Assembly: GCA_036444275.1 (NCBI GenBank)
Contig: JAZGAD010000023.1
Coordinates: 1-31,365, forward strand
DNA from: Candidatus Hydrothermarchaeales archaeon
GTDB taxonomy: Archaea; Hydrothermarchaeota; Hydrothermarchaeia; Hydrothermarchaeales; JAZGAD01
DNA: 31,365 nucleotides
Direction: 5' to 3'
The notes beneath the pieces were generated by a model. The model was not told the DNA's origin and ran no database searches. It was given only the letters and a program-made list of their open reading frames with translations. This document shows, piece after piece, positions 19,501-27,531 of this stretch (within the stretch, counting starts at the first letter, position 1; each line of letters begins with the position of its first letter). The translations under genes were made by a program, and so were the position numbers.

Positions 19501-19865
19501 TTCTTTATCTTAACCTTGACTATTCCATCTAACGGAGCCGCTACTATACCCTCTGTTAGTATTGCGAGCGATGTTCGTAGGGATTGTTCACAGAGCTCCT
19601 CTTTTGAAGTAAATTTCCCAAATTGCTCCTCTGCTATCTCTCTAGCTATCTGAAGAGCTACCACCTCTTTATCCTCGCCGCTCAACTCCCTGATCCTCTT
19701 AGCTACGCCCTTCGGTCCAACTAGTCCCTCTACTCGTCCCGCAAGATCTTTAGCCAGAGGTATCTCTGAGGTCAACTCTGGATCTACGCCCTTCTTCCTC
19801 GCCTCATTAGCTATCGCATATGCTTTTTTAGCCTCTGCTTCCAGCATCTCAAAATATGCTTCCAT
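16548..19865 (-). CDS. polC: DNA polymerase D large subunit DP2 (intein-free)
   Basis: GPIRSAGG, RLRYGRSR, RMGRPEKAK, central and C-terminal Zn fingers, catalytic HAAKRRNCDGDED. Confidence 0.98.
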   Translation of the reverse strand: MEAYFEMLEAEAKKAYAIANEARKKGVDPELTSEIPLAKDLAGRVEGLVGPKGVAKRIRELSGEDKEVVALQIAREIAEEQFGKFTSKEELCEQSLRTSLAILTEGIVAAPLDGIVKVKIKKNHDGSRYLAIYFAGPIRSAGGSAQALAALTGDYIRRVLGLDRYKPTNEEVERFAEEVELYNAEASRLQYLPSSHEVREAVRNIPVEITGESTDKVEVSGYRDLERIETNRLRGGAVLVLAEGVLQKAPKILKYVEKFGLEGWDWSSSSSSLKDEKSDPEIGPSYKYIKDLIAGRPVLAHPSAKGGLRLRYGRSRNSGYAATCMHPATLALLDDFIAIGTQIKTERPGKGSAVATCDSIEGPIVKLADGSVIRVESVEEAEKLRDAVRKILFLGDILVNYGDFLENNHRLMPSAYVEEWWLQELEKAGGSFSGMPSQEEALQLSKEYNVPLHPRYTYFYHDVEKEDLKQLTSWLSTGELVDDSLMLKNSEEKRILELVGVPHSVKAGKVRIREYKPLISVLGMGEEFSTEKFLEAYEKASSTMELVNSFGVKVMEKAPTYIGARMGRPEKAKERRMKPAVSVLFPIGQAGGRTRDIKKASQQGSVEVDVARRECPKCEHVSSTTFCPNCGEATRLKRVCISCGRNWEDERDRCKCGSLIVAYEKRKLDVKELLDAAVKMVGDSPNDIKGIIGMSSEKKIPESLEKGILRSKHGVYVFKDGTTRFDSTDMPLTHFKPVEIGVSVEKIRELGYDRDWEGKPLESEEQLVELKCQDILLPETGAVYFLRVSQFVDELLVKVYGLKPFYNAENKEDLLGHLVLGLAPHTSAAILGRVIGFIQANVGFAHPYFHAAKRRNCDGDEDALFLLLDALLNFSKAYLPSTRGGKMDAPLVLTTRLDPKEIDDEAHNIDIANTYPLEFYEATLRYASPREVKDLIETIGDRIGDSGQYSGMGFTHSTGDISNGPKTSAYKTFGTMMEKVQRQLELAGRIRAVDEHDVAKRVVESHFLPDLAGNLRTFSKQTIRCVSCNAKYRRVPLSGKCRRCGGKLVLTVSKGGVEKYLGVTKNLIEKYNLDDYLRQRVRILEVSISSVFDNEGARQVSLSDF

Positions 19866-19879
19866 GCTACATGCCTCAA

Positions 19880-21403
19880 TCAGATGTCAAACCTCATGAT
19901 GGTGGTCTTTTGAGTCTGCAGATCTACTATGGGTATTCTCCCGGGAGTTGGAATCACGTTCAACTTCCTCTGAAAGGATGTTTGGTCTTGAAATGTACCA
20001 GAGTTTATCAGGAGAACACCCCGATAATTAGAAACCTCTGCGGTGTGCACATGACCTACATGGAAAATATCAGGCGTGTCCTCGATTAGCATATAATCCA
20101 TTGCTTCAGGTGCGAGGGGTACCTTTCCACCATAGACTGGACTAAGGTGTCTCTTTTTCACTAACGCGAGCATAGCCTTCGCTGGCCGCGAGTAGGACAT
20201 ATCTGGCATAGTAGATATGATGTCGTCTAGGCTTCTGCCATGATATGATAGCACGTCCACACCATGAACCATGGTATAGCAGGGGTTTCCGACCATGTGT
20301 ACTCTAGGGTCCTTGTAGAAGTCCGGTGCGAATTCCTCCATAATCGCGGGTTGGGGCTCTGCCTGACGAGCTGCATCGTGGTTCCCTGGGATGACCACTA
20401 TCTCTACGTGATCTGGCACTTGAGTAAGATAGTCAGCGAGCTTTTTGTACTGCTGGTAGATGTCCTTGATCTCTAGCTCGCTTTCTTGCCCTGGATAGAT
20501 TCCAACGCCATCCACAAGATCGCCGCCAATGATGAGGTATTTCACTCTGCCTGCGAGCTCCCGCTGCCTCGAGGTGCCCAAATCTCCTCTAAGCCACTTA
20601 ATGAATTTTAAGAAGTCCTCCTCCAAAAACTTCGTGCTCCCCATATGGATATCTGATACCAAAGCAAGGGCGAGAGGCACTTGGCTTTTCTTTAATCCAT
20701 TCTTCACAGGTACGTCAGGGAAAAAAATCTCCTTTGCTATTATTATATCGCTGTCCTTGCCGAGGTTCCCCTCCACACCTATTACCTCATCCTTCACTAA
20801 TTCCTTGGCTACTCCCTGTAACTCTCTATTGCTGTTTAAAATCAGGATGGGAATAGTAGCTGTCGGATCTTCGAGTTCAACGATCACATGCCCTTTTCTA
20901 GTCGGCTTTACTTCGTTGACCATCCCAATTATCTTTACGCCGCCCTTACTCTTCTTCATCCAATCTATAGGGGTAGCGTCCCTCAATGTATCTCTGTTCC
21001 TAAGGATCTTGGCAAGCTTATCATAGCGATCGTTGAAGTAATCCAAGAAACTCTGGAGTTTGCCCTCAGAGAAGGATTTCTTAGTGATGTCTTTATCGCG
21101 CCGTATCTCTAACTCAGCCTCGTATTCCTCAGCTAATGCTCTTTTCCTGGGCCTCTGCACTACAACTTCTTGAGTCTCCTCACCGTTTTCCTCTTCTATT
21201 TCTTTCCCATCGATTCCCGGGCTATCATAAATGGATTTAAGATATTCCAGAGTGAGTACCTCTGGTATATTCTCCCCATTCTCTGCCTCTGAGATGACTC
21301 TCTCTATACCCTCAGCGTCCCTTTTTCGGAGATATTCGAGAGCTGAGGGGTGAATGTTTATATTACTCCTTAAAAACCTGCTCAAAATTTCCATATCATC
21401 CAT
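19880..21403 (-). CDS. polB: DNA polymerase D small subunit DP1 (3'-5' exonuclease)
   Basis: OB fold followed by calcineurin-like motifs SDIH, GDLVDG, PGNHD, YHG and GHVH. Confidence 0.97.
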   Translation of the reverse strand: MDDMEILSRFLRSNINIHPSALEYLRKRDAEGIERVISEAENGENIPEVLTLEYLKSIYDSPGIDGKEIEEENGEETQEVVVQRPRKRALAEEYEAELEIRRDKDITKKSFSEGKLQSFLDYFNDRYDKLAKILRNRDTLRDATPIDWMKKSKGGVKIIGMVNEVKPTRKGHVIVELEDPTATIPILILNSNRELQGVAKELVKDEVIGVEGNLGKDSDIIIAKEIFFPDVPVKNGLKKSQVPLALALVSDIHMGSTKFLEEDFLKFIKWLRGDLGTSRQRELAGRVKYLIIGGDLVDGVGIYPGQESELEIKDIYQQYKKLADYLTQVPDHVEIVVIPGNHDAARQAEPQPAIMEEFAPDFYKDPRVHMVGNPCYTMVHGVDVLSYHGRSLDDIISTMPDMSYSRPAKAMLALVKKRHLSPVYGGKVPLAPEAMDYMLIEDTPDIFHVGHVHTAEVSNYRGVLLINSGTFQDQTSFQRKLNVIPTPGRIPIVDLQTQKTTIMRFDI

Positions 21404-21429
21404 GATTTTCCCTCCCGCGGCTTGAGAAA

Positions 21430-22665
21430 TTATCTCAATCGCCGCTGGGGAAGCTGAAATTCTATGAGGTCCTTGAGCCTGATGTCATCCTCTAAAACCA
21501 GTTTTATTCCTACTGGCGGCACCTCAAGCTTGATCTCCTTAGTTCTACCGTACCTGCCCTTACTTATCACACATGAATTTAAGATGCCAAGCATATCGAG
21601 TTCAGAAATCAAGTCAGATACCCGCCTCTGGGTCAGCGTATCTAGGGAGACAGACCTGCAGAGCCTCTTATAGACATCATAAACCTCGCCAGTAGTTATC
21701 GAGCGCTCTCCTCTTTCCTCTAACAAGATAACAGAGTATAGTAGGAGCTTGCTCTGGGTAGGCAGCGTCCTGACTGCTTCCACGATGTTATCGGCCTCTA
21801 TCTTCTCGTTGGCTTTTCTAACATGGACCTCTGTGACTCTTTCCTCGTTCTCTCGCTCAGCTACCTCCCCTGATATCCTGAGCAAATCCAAGGCTTTTCT
21901 GGCATCTCCATGCTCTCTTGCAGCAAGAGCAGAGCACAGAGGTATGACAAATTCATCTAGGACGCCTGGCTTGAAAGCTAGTTCCGCCCTCTGTGTTAGG
22001 ATATCCTCTAACTGCCTCGCATTATAGGGTGAGAACACTACCTCTTCCTGTCCCAAGGAACTCTGAACCCGTGCGTCAAGGTAGTTGGTAAATTTCAGGT
22101 CATTGGATATCCCTACGATGCTTACCCTCGCGTTTTCCAATTCAGAATTCATGCGGGTTAAGTTATAGAGGACTTTGTCGCCGTCTTTGATCACGAGTTT
22201 GTCTATTTCATCCAAGAGTATTATTATCCTTTTTTTATCCTTGTCCGCAGCCTCTAATAGGGCACTGTAAACCTTGTCGGTAGGCCAACCGGTGAAGGGT
22301 ACGTTCTCGCCGAATTGTTTAGCCAAGTTCGCAAGCACGCGATACTTGGTATCTGTGGTCTCACAGTTTATGTAGACAGTAGCAACTGGCACTCCAAGTT
22401 TGACTCCTGTTTCCTTTAGCTCGTGACATATAAATTTTGAGACGATCGTTTTACCTGTACCACTCTTTCCATAAATCAAAATGTTGGATGGTGTCTCGCC
22501 TTTCAAGGCCGGAGCGAGAATGGATGCCAACTGCTTGATTTCTGCGTCTCTATGAGGCAGTTCAGTAGGCGTATAGGAATGTCTTAAGGCCTCTTTGTTA
22601 TTGAATAAAGGTTCTTTCTCAAGAATTGATTCAAATATTCCACTTAATGAAGTTTTGAAGTCCAT
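21430..22665 (-). CDS. cdc6: Orc1/Cdc6 replication initiator
   Basis: LPHRD, Walker A GKSGTGKT, Walker B LLDEID, GDARKALDLLR, C-terminal wH with ISELDMLG...GRYGRT. Confidence 0.97.
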   Translation of the reverse strand: MDFKTSLSGIFESILEKEPLFNNKEALRHSYTPTELPHRDAEIKQLASILAPALKGETPSNILIYGKSGTGKTIVSKFICHELKETGVKLGVPVATVYINCETTDTKYRVLANLAKQFGENVPFTGWPTDKVYSALLEAADKDKKRIIILLDEIDKLVIKDGDKVLYNLTRMNSELENARVSIVGISNDLKFTNYLDARVQSSLGQEEVVFSPYNARQLEDILTQRAELAFKPGVLDEFVIPLCSALAAREHGDARKALDLLRISGEVAERENEERVTEVHVRKANEKIEADNIVEAVRTLPTQSKLLLYSVILLEERGERSITTGEVYDVYKRLCRSVSLDTLTQRRVSDLISELDMLGILNSCVISKGRYGRTKEIKLEVPPVGIKLVLEDDIRLKDLIEFQLPQRRLR

Positions 22666-22696
22666 TATCTGTTTCTCCGTAAAGCGTTAACCTATG

Positions 22697-22718
22697 GTTC
22701 CACTGGAAAAATTGTAGG
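22697..22718 (+). promoter_or_regulatory. ORB element 1
   Basis: GTTCCACTGGAAAAATTGTAGG: a canonical TTCC-N3-GGAA core with a weak G-string. Confidence 0.85.
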
Positions 22719-22755
22719 TTAATTACATGCTTTAATGGTAGATAAATTCTTTAGC

Positions 22756-22770
22756 TATTTAACGTTTTTG
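22756..22770 (-). promoter_or_regulatory. Putative BRE/TATA promoter of the cdc6-polB-polC-radB operon
   Basis: Minus strand CAAAAACGTTAAATA, about 90 nt upstream of the cdc6 start. Confidence 0.5.
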
Positions 22771-22775
22771 CTACG

Positions 22776-22798
22776 CCCCCCATATCTTCCTATGGAAG
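22776..22798 (-). promoter_or_regulatory. ORB element 2
   Basis: Minus strand CTTCCATAGGAAGATATGGGGGG: core plus a G6 string. Confidence 0.85.
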
Positions 22799-22898
22799 GA
22801 TGAAAATAATTTAGACCCATAATTTGCATTACCGGGATGAAAATAGGGACAGAGCCTGATACATTTAAACTTTAACATATCAAAGAGGGAGGGAATCA

Positions 22899-22911
22899 TT
22901 TCTAATGGAAA
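22899..22911. promoter_or_regulatory. Mini-ORB-like box
   Basis: TTTCTAATGGAAA, one mismatch from TTCC-N3-GGAA; no G-string. Confidence 0.5.
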
Positions 22912-22937
22912 AAATAAATAGGAAAAGATAAGAATAA

Positions 22938-22958
22938 CCCCTTTACTTCCATTGGAGA
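22938..22958 (-). promoter_or_regulatory. ORB element 3
   Basis: Minus strand TCTCCAATGGAAGTAAAGGGG. Confidence 0.85.
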
Positions 22959-23190
22959 TATACCTTTATCAGGAGCCTTTCCCTACAAACTCTTTATTTC
23001 ATATACGATACAGTGTCATGTGAACTGCCAAATATTGGGTTTTAATTTTCTAGCCCAAATATCTCGGGATTTAATTAAATAGAAGCTTATCCAATTCAGA
23101 TTGATTTCGAAACTTATAAATATAAATATGGACAAAACAATTAATGAACTTTTTATTTAAAACATTATTGTAATAATGCTTTTATAATAA

Positions 23191-23210
23191 TTCCAAGTGA
23201 AATCAAGGGG
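23191..23210 (+). promoter_or_regulatory. ORB element 4 (degenerate core; overlaps the stop codon of the neighbouring ORF)
   Basis: TTCCAAGTGAAATCAAGGGG compared with the consensus TTCCAGTGGAAACAAAGGGG. Confidence 0.7.
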
Positions 23211-23727
23211 CCTCTCTGTATTCTAGTTTGTCTAGATAGGATTTACATTCTTGTAGTAATATGTAGATAGGATTTAGGATGCCAGAATCATAATTTTCGT
23301 AGAGCAACCTATATATCCCGTGATATTTTAATGAGAGATCAAAATATTGCATCTCTAGATTTTTTGGATCTTCGTGTAGTTGCCCAATATTTTCTTTTAA
23401 TTCTTGTATTTCTATAGTCAAATCTTCTATAAGTCTTTTCGATAAAGAATCCCAGTCGACAATATCGTGTCTCTTATTCAGACCCTCAGCGGCTAATGTT
23501 TTCCTTAATTCTAGATCTTCATCTGCTTCTAAATTTGGGCCTGGGATAAATCCTTCTTTAGAGAGAGAATTTTCTTCTGGGCGTAGCTTGAGAAGATCTC
23601 TCTTTTTTTCTAGGGCGTTGAAATTTTCTTCTAATGTTTTCTTCTTGACATCTCCAAGAATTAGCCTTATATCATCTAAAGTAACGAATTCTAATTCCTT
23701 CACTATAGACAATATTTTTCCCCTCAT
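23203..23727 (-). CDS. Hypothetical protein with probable N-terminal winged helix-turn-helix and helical C-terminus
   Basis: 174-aa ORF. RGKILSIVKELEFVTLDDIRLILGDVKKKTLEENFNALEKKRDLLKL fits a DeoR/TrmB-like wHTH spacing. It starts 9 nt after the UPF0147 stop. Confidence 0.65.
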   Translation of the reverse strand: MRGKILSIVKELEFVTLDDIRLILGDVKKKTLEENFNALEKKRDLLKLRPEENSLSKEGFIPGPNLEADEDLELRKTLAAEGLNKRHDIVDWDSLSKRLIEDLTIEIQELKENIGQLHEDPKNLEMQYFDLSLKYHGIYRLLYENYDSGILNPIYILLQECKSYLDKLEYREAP

Positions 23728-23736
23728 CTATATCAG

Positions 23737-23997
23737 CTAATCTAGCTTTATCGTCTCTAGTTCACTGGCTACATTCCAGATAAGGGTTCTAGCGTGAAGA
23801 GGAAGATTCCTATCATTGCTTATTTCCTCAAGAAGATAGATGGCTGAGCTCACCCGAACTCCAATATCTTGGCTTGTGTCGAGGAGGGTATTCTTAGCTT
23901 CGTCAGCCGACCTCCGAATATTTCTCGGTATAGAGGTATCACGAGTTACCGGCTCCAAGACACTGGCGATTTCTTCCATCTTTTTGTTCTCCTCCAT
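23737..23997 (-). CDS. UPF0147 family protein (probable start 23997)
   Basis: DTSIPRNIRRSA...AIYLLEEISNDRNLPLHARTLIWNVASELE; GGAGGT RBS before ATG 23997. Confidence 0.92.
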   Translation of the reverse strand: MEENKKMEEIASVLEPVTRDTSIPRNIRRSADEAKNTLLDTSQDIGVRVSSAIYLLEEISNDRNLPLHARTLIWNVASELETIKLD

Positions 23998-24054
23998 GAG
24001 TAATACCTCCATGACGCTAAATTTAAAAACCTACGGTCTATAAAAGTCTATTGT

Positions 24055-24384
24055 ATGAAAGCGAATTCTGAAGAGGCATTGAAGGGTATGGCTGAGTTGC
24101 TCTTGAGCAAGGCGAAGATGTTGCAGTATCACTGTGATACCTGCAAGTCCCCCCTATTCAAGAAAGAGGGTAAGATTATTTGCCCAATTTGTGGTGAATT
24201 CAAGAAGCGAGAGGAAACAGACAAAGTAAAGAAACCTAAAGTCGACGAGAGACTTCGAGCTACCTTGCAGAAGAAGCGAGAAGAGTTATTGAAGAGGTTG
24301 GAAGAAGAGAAGAAGCCAGAAGAGATATCAGCTCTATTAGATGCGATAGCGAAAATCGATGGAATGCTCGCTGGCGAAGTGTAA
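24055..24384 (+). CDS. UPF0148 / Sjogren's syndrome autoantigen p27-like Zn-finger protein
   Basis: MAELLLSKAKMLQYHCDTCKSPLF...IICPIC plus a coiled C-terminus; divergent from UPF0147. Confidence 0.88.
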   Translation: MKANSEEALKGMAELLLSKAKMLQYHCDTCKSPLFKKEGKIICPICGEFKKREETDKVKKPKVDERLRATLQKKREELLKRLEEEKKPEEISALLDAIAKIDGMLAGEV

Positions 24385-24424
24385 CCAAAGGTTAACACAT
24401 TTTTGATTGCTTACCTTTGCGCTA

Positions 24425-26104
24425 TTATCTTAGTTCATCGAGTAATTTCGGCAGCTTCCCAATTTTTACTCTTACCTGTTTCATGCTGTCTCTTTCTCTT
24501 ACGGTTACACTATCATCCTTCAGGGTATCAAAATCCACGGTGACTGCGAATGGCACGCCTATCTCATCTACTCGCGAGTAACGCCTGCCTATAGTATCTG
24601 AGCCGTCATAAATTACATAGAAGCCTAGGCTTTTTAATTCATTCAAAATCTTTAAGGCTACTGCGTTTAGTTCATCCTTAGACACCAAAGGAAAGACCCC
24701 AATGTCTATTGGGGCTATATTGGTCTTAAAACTCATTACTTTTCTATCATCCCGCTCGGTGTAGGCTTTCTCTAACAGACAGTATAAAATGCGATCTATC
24801 CCATAGGAGGGCTCTATCACATGTGGAGTAATTTTCTCTCCATGGACCTTCTCCTCCACCTGTTTTAACTCGATAGACTCTGACCCTAACTTGATCTTCT
24901 CTCCTTTTACTTGCAACTCTAGGAATCCCTTCTCTTCAAAGAAGTCCATGTCTTCATTGCTTGCGTCTCTCAAATTTTGAACAATCTCTGTCGCTCTTTC
25001 TTTGAATTCTTTTCCTATCCTCGCCATCTTCGGTGTCAGCATCCGCTTCTTGACTATTTTAGGCACTTCGTACTGGATGAAGGCATTTAACTCAACACCG
25101 CTGTGCTTCTCATGAGATATTAAATCATAGTTCGTTCTGTCTGCAATACCAACTACTTCGATCCATCCGAAGCGTTCTGTTTGGATCTCAGCATCCCAGC
25201 AATCTGCAGCGTAGTGCGCTATCTCGCTTTTAAGGTGTTGTCTGAACCTCAGGTCTTCTTTCGGCAGGCCTATTCCTTCCAAGAATCTATTGATCAAGAC
25301 GATGTGATAGCAGAGGAGTTCGTGAGCTACTAATCCGTCTTTTACGGCATCTTCGGCCGTAACCCTAACTTCTGCAGCATCCTGAGGGACTAAGCGTAGC
25401 TTCTCCTTTGCGTATCTAGCGAAATCCGGGTGGGTCTTCTCATCCGGATGAACAAATACTTCGACCTCAGCTTGGGAGAATTCCCTTAGCCTTATCACTC
25501 CTTGCCTCGGCGAGATCTCGTTGCGGTATGCACGTCCTAGCTGGGCTACCCCGAAAGGGAGCTTCTTCCGATGAAAGGCATACAGACGGTTGAAGAGTGT
25601 GAACATCCCTTGAGCGGTTTCAGGCCGCAAATACCCAACAGTCTTGCTCCCTGGGCCTATGTGGGTCTTGAACATTAGGTTATAGCTCCAGACCTCGCCA
25701 AGTTTTCCACTACAGTCTAGGCATTTTATATCATTTCCCTTGATTAGCTTGTTTAATCCTTCAAAGGAGTGCCCTGTAACCGTCTCCCCCGTTTTTGCCT
25801 CTATGAGTTGATCTGCCTTATACACCTCCTTGCATTTCTCGCACTCAACCATTGGATCGATGAAATTTTTTACATGACCAGAAGCAACGAATACATCCTC
25901 AGGAGCTATTGTTGGAGTTGATATCTCTAGGAAGCCTTGTTCCACACAGTATAATCTCCTCCACTCATCCTCTATTTTCTTCTTGAGCATCGCTCCTAGT
26001 GGACCATAGTCGTAGAAGCCGCTGGTGCCACCGTAAATCTCATAGGAGGGCCAGAGAAAGCCTCTACGCAGCGCCAACTCCATTACTTTTTCGTGTTTGT
26101 CCAT
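24425..26104 (-). CDS. glyS: Glycine--tRNA ligase (alpha2 type; probable ATG start 26104)
   Basis: RRGF...YDYGPLG, YLRPETAQG, RNEISPRQGVIRLREFSQAE, HVIEPSYGIDR, IGRRY.R.DEIG. Confidence 0.97.
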   Translation of the reverse strand: MDKHEKVMELALRRGFLWPSYEIYGGTSGFYDYGPLGAMLKKKIEDEWRRLYCVEQGFLEISTPTIAPEDVFVASGHVKNFIDPMVECEKCKEVYKADQLIEAKTGETVTGHSFEGLNKLIKGNDIKCLDCSGKLGEVWSYNLMFKTHIGPGSKTVGYLRPETAQGMFTLFNRLYAFHRKKLPFGVAQLGRAYRNEISPRQGVIRLREFSQAEVEVFVHPDEKTHPDFARYAKEKLRLVPQDAAEVRVTAEDAVKDGLVAHELLCYHIVLINRFLEGIGLPKEDLRFRQHLKSEIAHYAADCWDAEIQTERFGWIEVVGIADRTNYDLISHEKHSGVELNAFIQYEVPKIVKKRMLTPKMARIGKEFKERATEIVQNLRDASNEDMDFFEEKGFLELQVKGEKIKLGSESIELKQVEEKVHGEKITPHVIEPSYGIDRILYCLLEKAYTERDDRKVMSFKTNIAPIDIGVFPLVSKDELNAVALKILNELKSLGFYVIYDGSDTIGRRYSRVDEIGVPFAVTVDFDTLKDDSVTVRERDSMKQVRVKIGKLPKLLDELR

Positions 26105-26240
26105 ATTCAAAGCCTTTCTATTGCGATATGAACTCTTGTTCCTTAAATATTTCTGCTACAGTTCCAAGGACCGAATAGCCTCATATAAATCTCATAGATG
26201 CAATATTCACACATCCGCAAAATGAGCAGGGGGAGAATAA

Positions 26241-27071
26241 TTAGAAGGCCTTTAGGAGGTCTATGTCTCTGACCAGTCCTATTATATTCCCTTCAGCATC
26301 AATAACTGGCACTTGCTCTACCCGCGCTTTTGCCATCTTCTTGGCGCAGTCACTCGTTGTTGTCTTTTTAGTTGCTGTTATCACATTGGGGACCATGATT
26401 TCTTCCACTGTTAAATCAGGGAGCTCCAGTGTCTTCTTTGTTATATAGATGACGTTCTTGCTGTCCCAGCCCCACTTATCACCCTCCATAGCAGCTGCGA
26501 GTTCAGATTTCTGGGTAGACTCTGTCACTTGCGCCACCTTCAAGAGGTCAGTATTAGCAACTATCCCCACTAGCATCCCCTCACTATTGAGTACTGGGAA
26601 GGCTCTGAATCCAGCGAGATGCATGAGTTCGTAGGCCACCTTGATGGGAGTGCCCTCCCAGACAGCGGTTACGCTTTTCCGTAGGTATTTGCCAACAGGA
26701 GTGCTTATCCCCATCTTTCCAATAGCCCTGCCGATAAGATCATTAACTGTTAATATCCCGAGGACTTCTCCATCCTTCACCACCGGCATCCTTCTAAATT
26801 TCTTCTTCAGGAAGAGCTTAGCCGCCTCTTCCACGTTAGCCTCAGGCGATATAGCGACTACCTCTCTGGTCATGAGGAGTGCCAGCTGGGTCTCTTCAGG
26901 ATGCTCCGAGAAGTCGTCTCTAGTTATTATACCTAAAAGTTCCTTGCTCCCTCTCTTCACTACTGGCATGCCTGAGATATTCTTCTTTATAATGAGCTCC
27001 AATGCCTCAGCTACGCTACCCGGAACCTCAGCATATACTACCTCCTTCGTCATAATGTCCTTTACTTGCAT
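26241..27071 (-). CDS. Four-CBS-domain protein
   Basis: Four CBS repeats (ISGMPVV, FRRMPVV, FRAFPVL, VEQVPVI) with a conserved DKWGWDS insert. Confidence 0.92.
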   Translation of the reverse strand: MQVKDIMTKEVVYAEVPGSVAEALELIIKKNISGMPVVKRGSKELLGIITRDDFSEHPEETQLALLMTREVVAISPEANVEEAAKLFLKKKFRRMPVVKDGEVLGILTVNDLIGRAIGKMGISTPVGKYLRKSVTAVWEGTPIKVAYELMHLAGFRAFPVLNSEGMLVGIVANTDLLKVAQVTESTQKSELAAAMEGDKWGWDSKNVIYITKKTLELPDLTVEEIMVPNVITATKKTTTSDCAKKMAKARVEQVPVIDAEGNIIGLVRDIDLLKAF

Positions 27072-27094
27072 TTTAAATCCCCTTTAGAAATAAT

Positions 27095-27523
27095 CTATCT
27101 GCGAATAATCAGCACAGGACAGGTAGCAGTCCTCATTACTTTTTCGGCGACGCTTCCAAGCAAGAACTTGTCCAGCCCGCTTCTACCCGCTGTACCCATA
27201 ATAATAATGTCCACATCCCTCTCCTCAGCGGTCTTGATTATATCGTCGGCGGGACGGCCTTCCTTGAGGAGAAGTTCGAACTTTACCGTATTTTCCTTAG
27301 CCGCGTCTTCCACCATGCTAAGGGCCTTCTTTCCTTCCTCATCCAATAGGCTCCGCATATTCTCCCATATTGCCTCTGTAGGTATGCCTGTGAAGGCCGA
27401 GATGTCTATCACATACAGACCCAGTACTTCGCCTCCTACAGCCTTCGCTAATATAACGCCATGCTCAACAGCTCTGTTCGATGTTTCCGAGCCATCTGTC
27501 GGTAGCAAGAGCCTCTTATACAT
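27095..27523 (-). CDS. Universal stress protein (UspA family)
   Basis: LLPTDGS, GRPADDII, IIMGTAGRSGLDKFLLGSVAEKV (ATP-binding type motif). Confidence 0.95.
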   Translation of the reverse strand: MYKRLLLPTDGSETSNRAVEHGVILAKAVGGEVLGLYVIDISAFTGIPTEAIWENMRSLLDEEGKKALSMVEDAAKENTVKFELLLKEGRPADDIIKTAEERDVDIIIMGTAGRSGLDKFLLGSVAEKVMRTATCPVLIIRR

Positions 27524-27531
27524 CTTTCCTT

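Larger units (their letters stand above)
22666..23210. other. Chromosomal replication origin (oriC)
   Basis: About 540-bp AT-rich intergenic region directly upstream of cdc6, containing five ORB or mini-ORB-like boxes. Confidence 0.88.
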
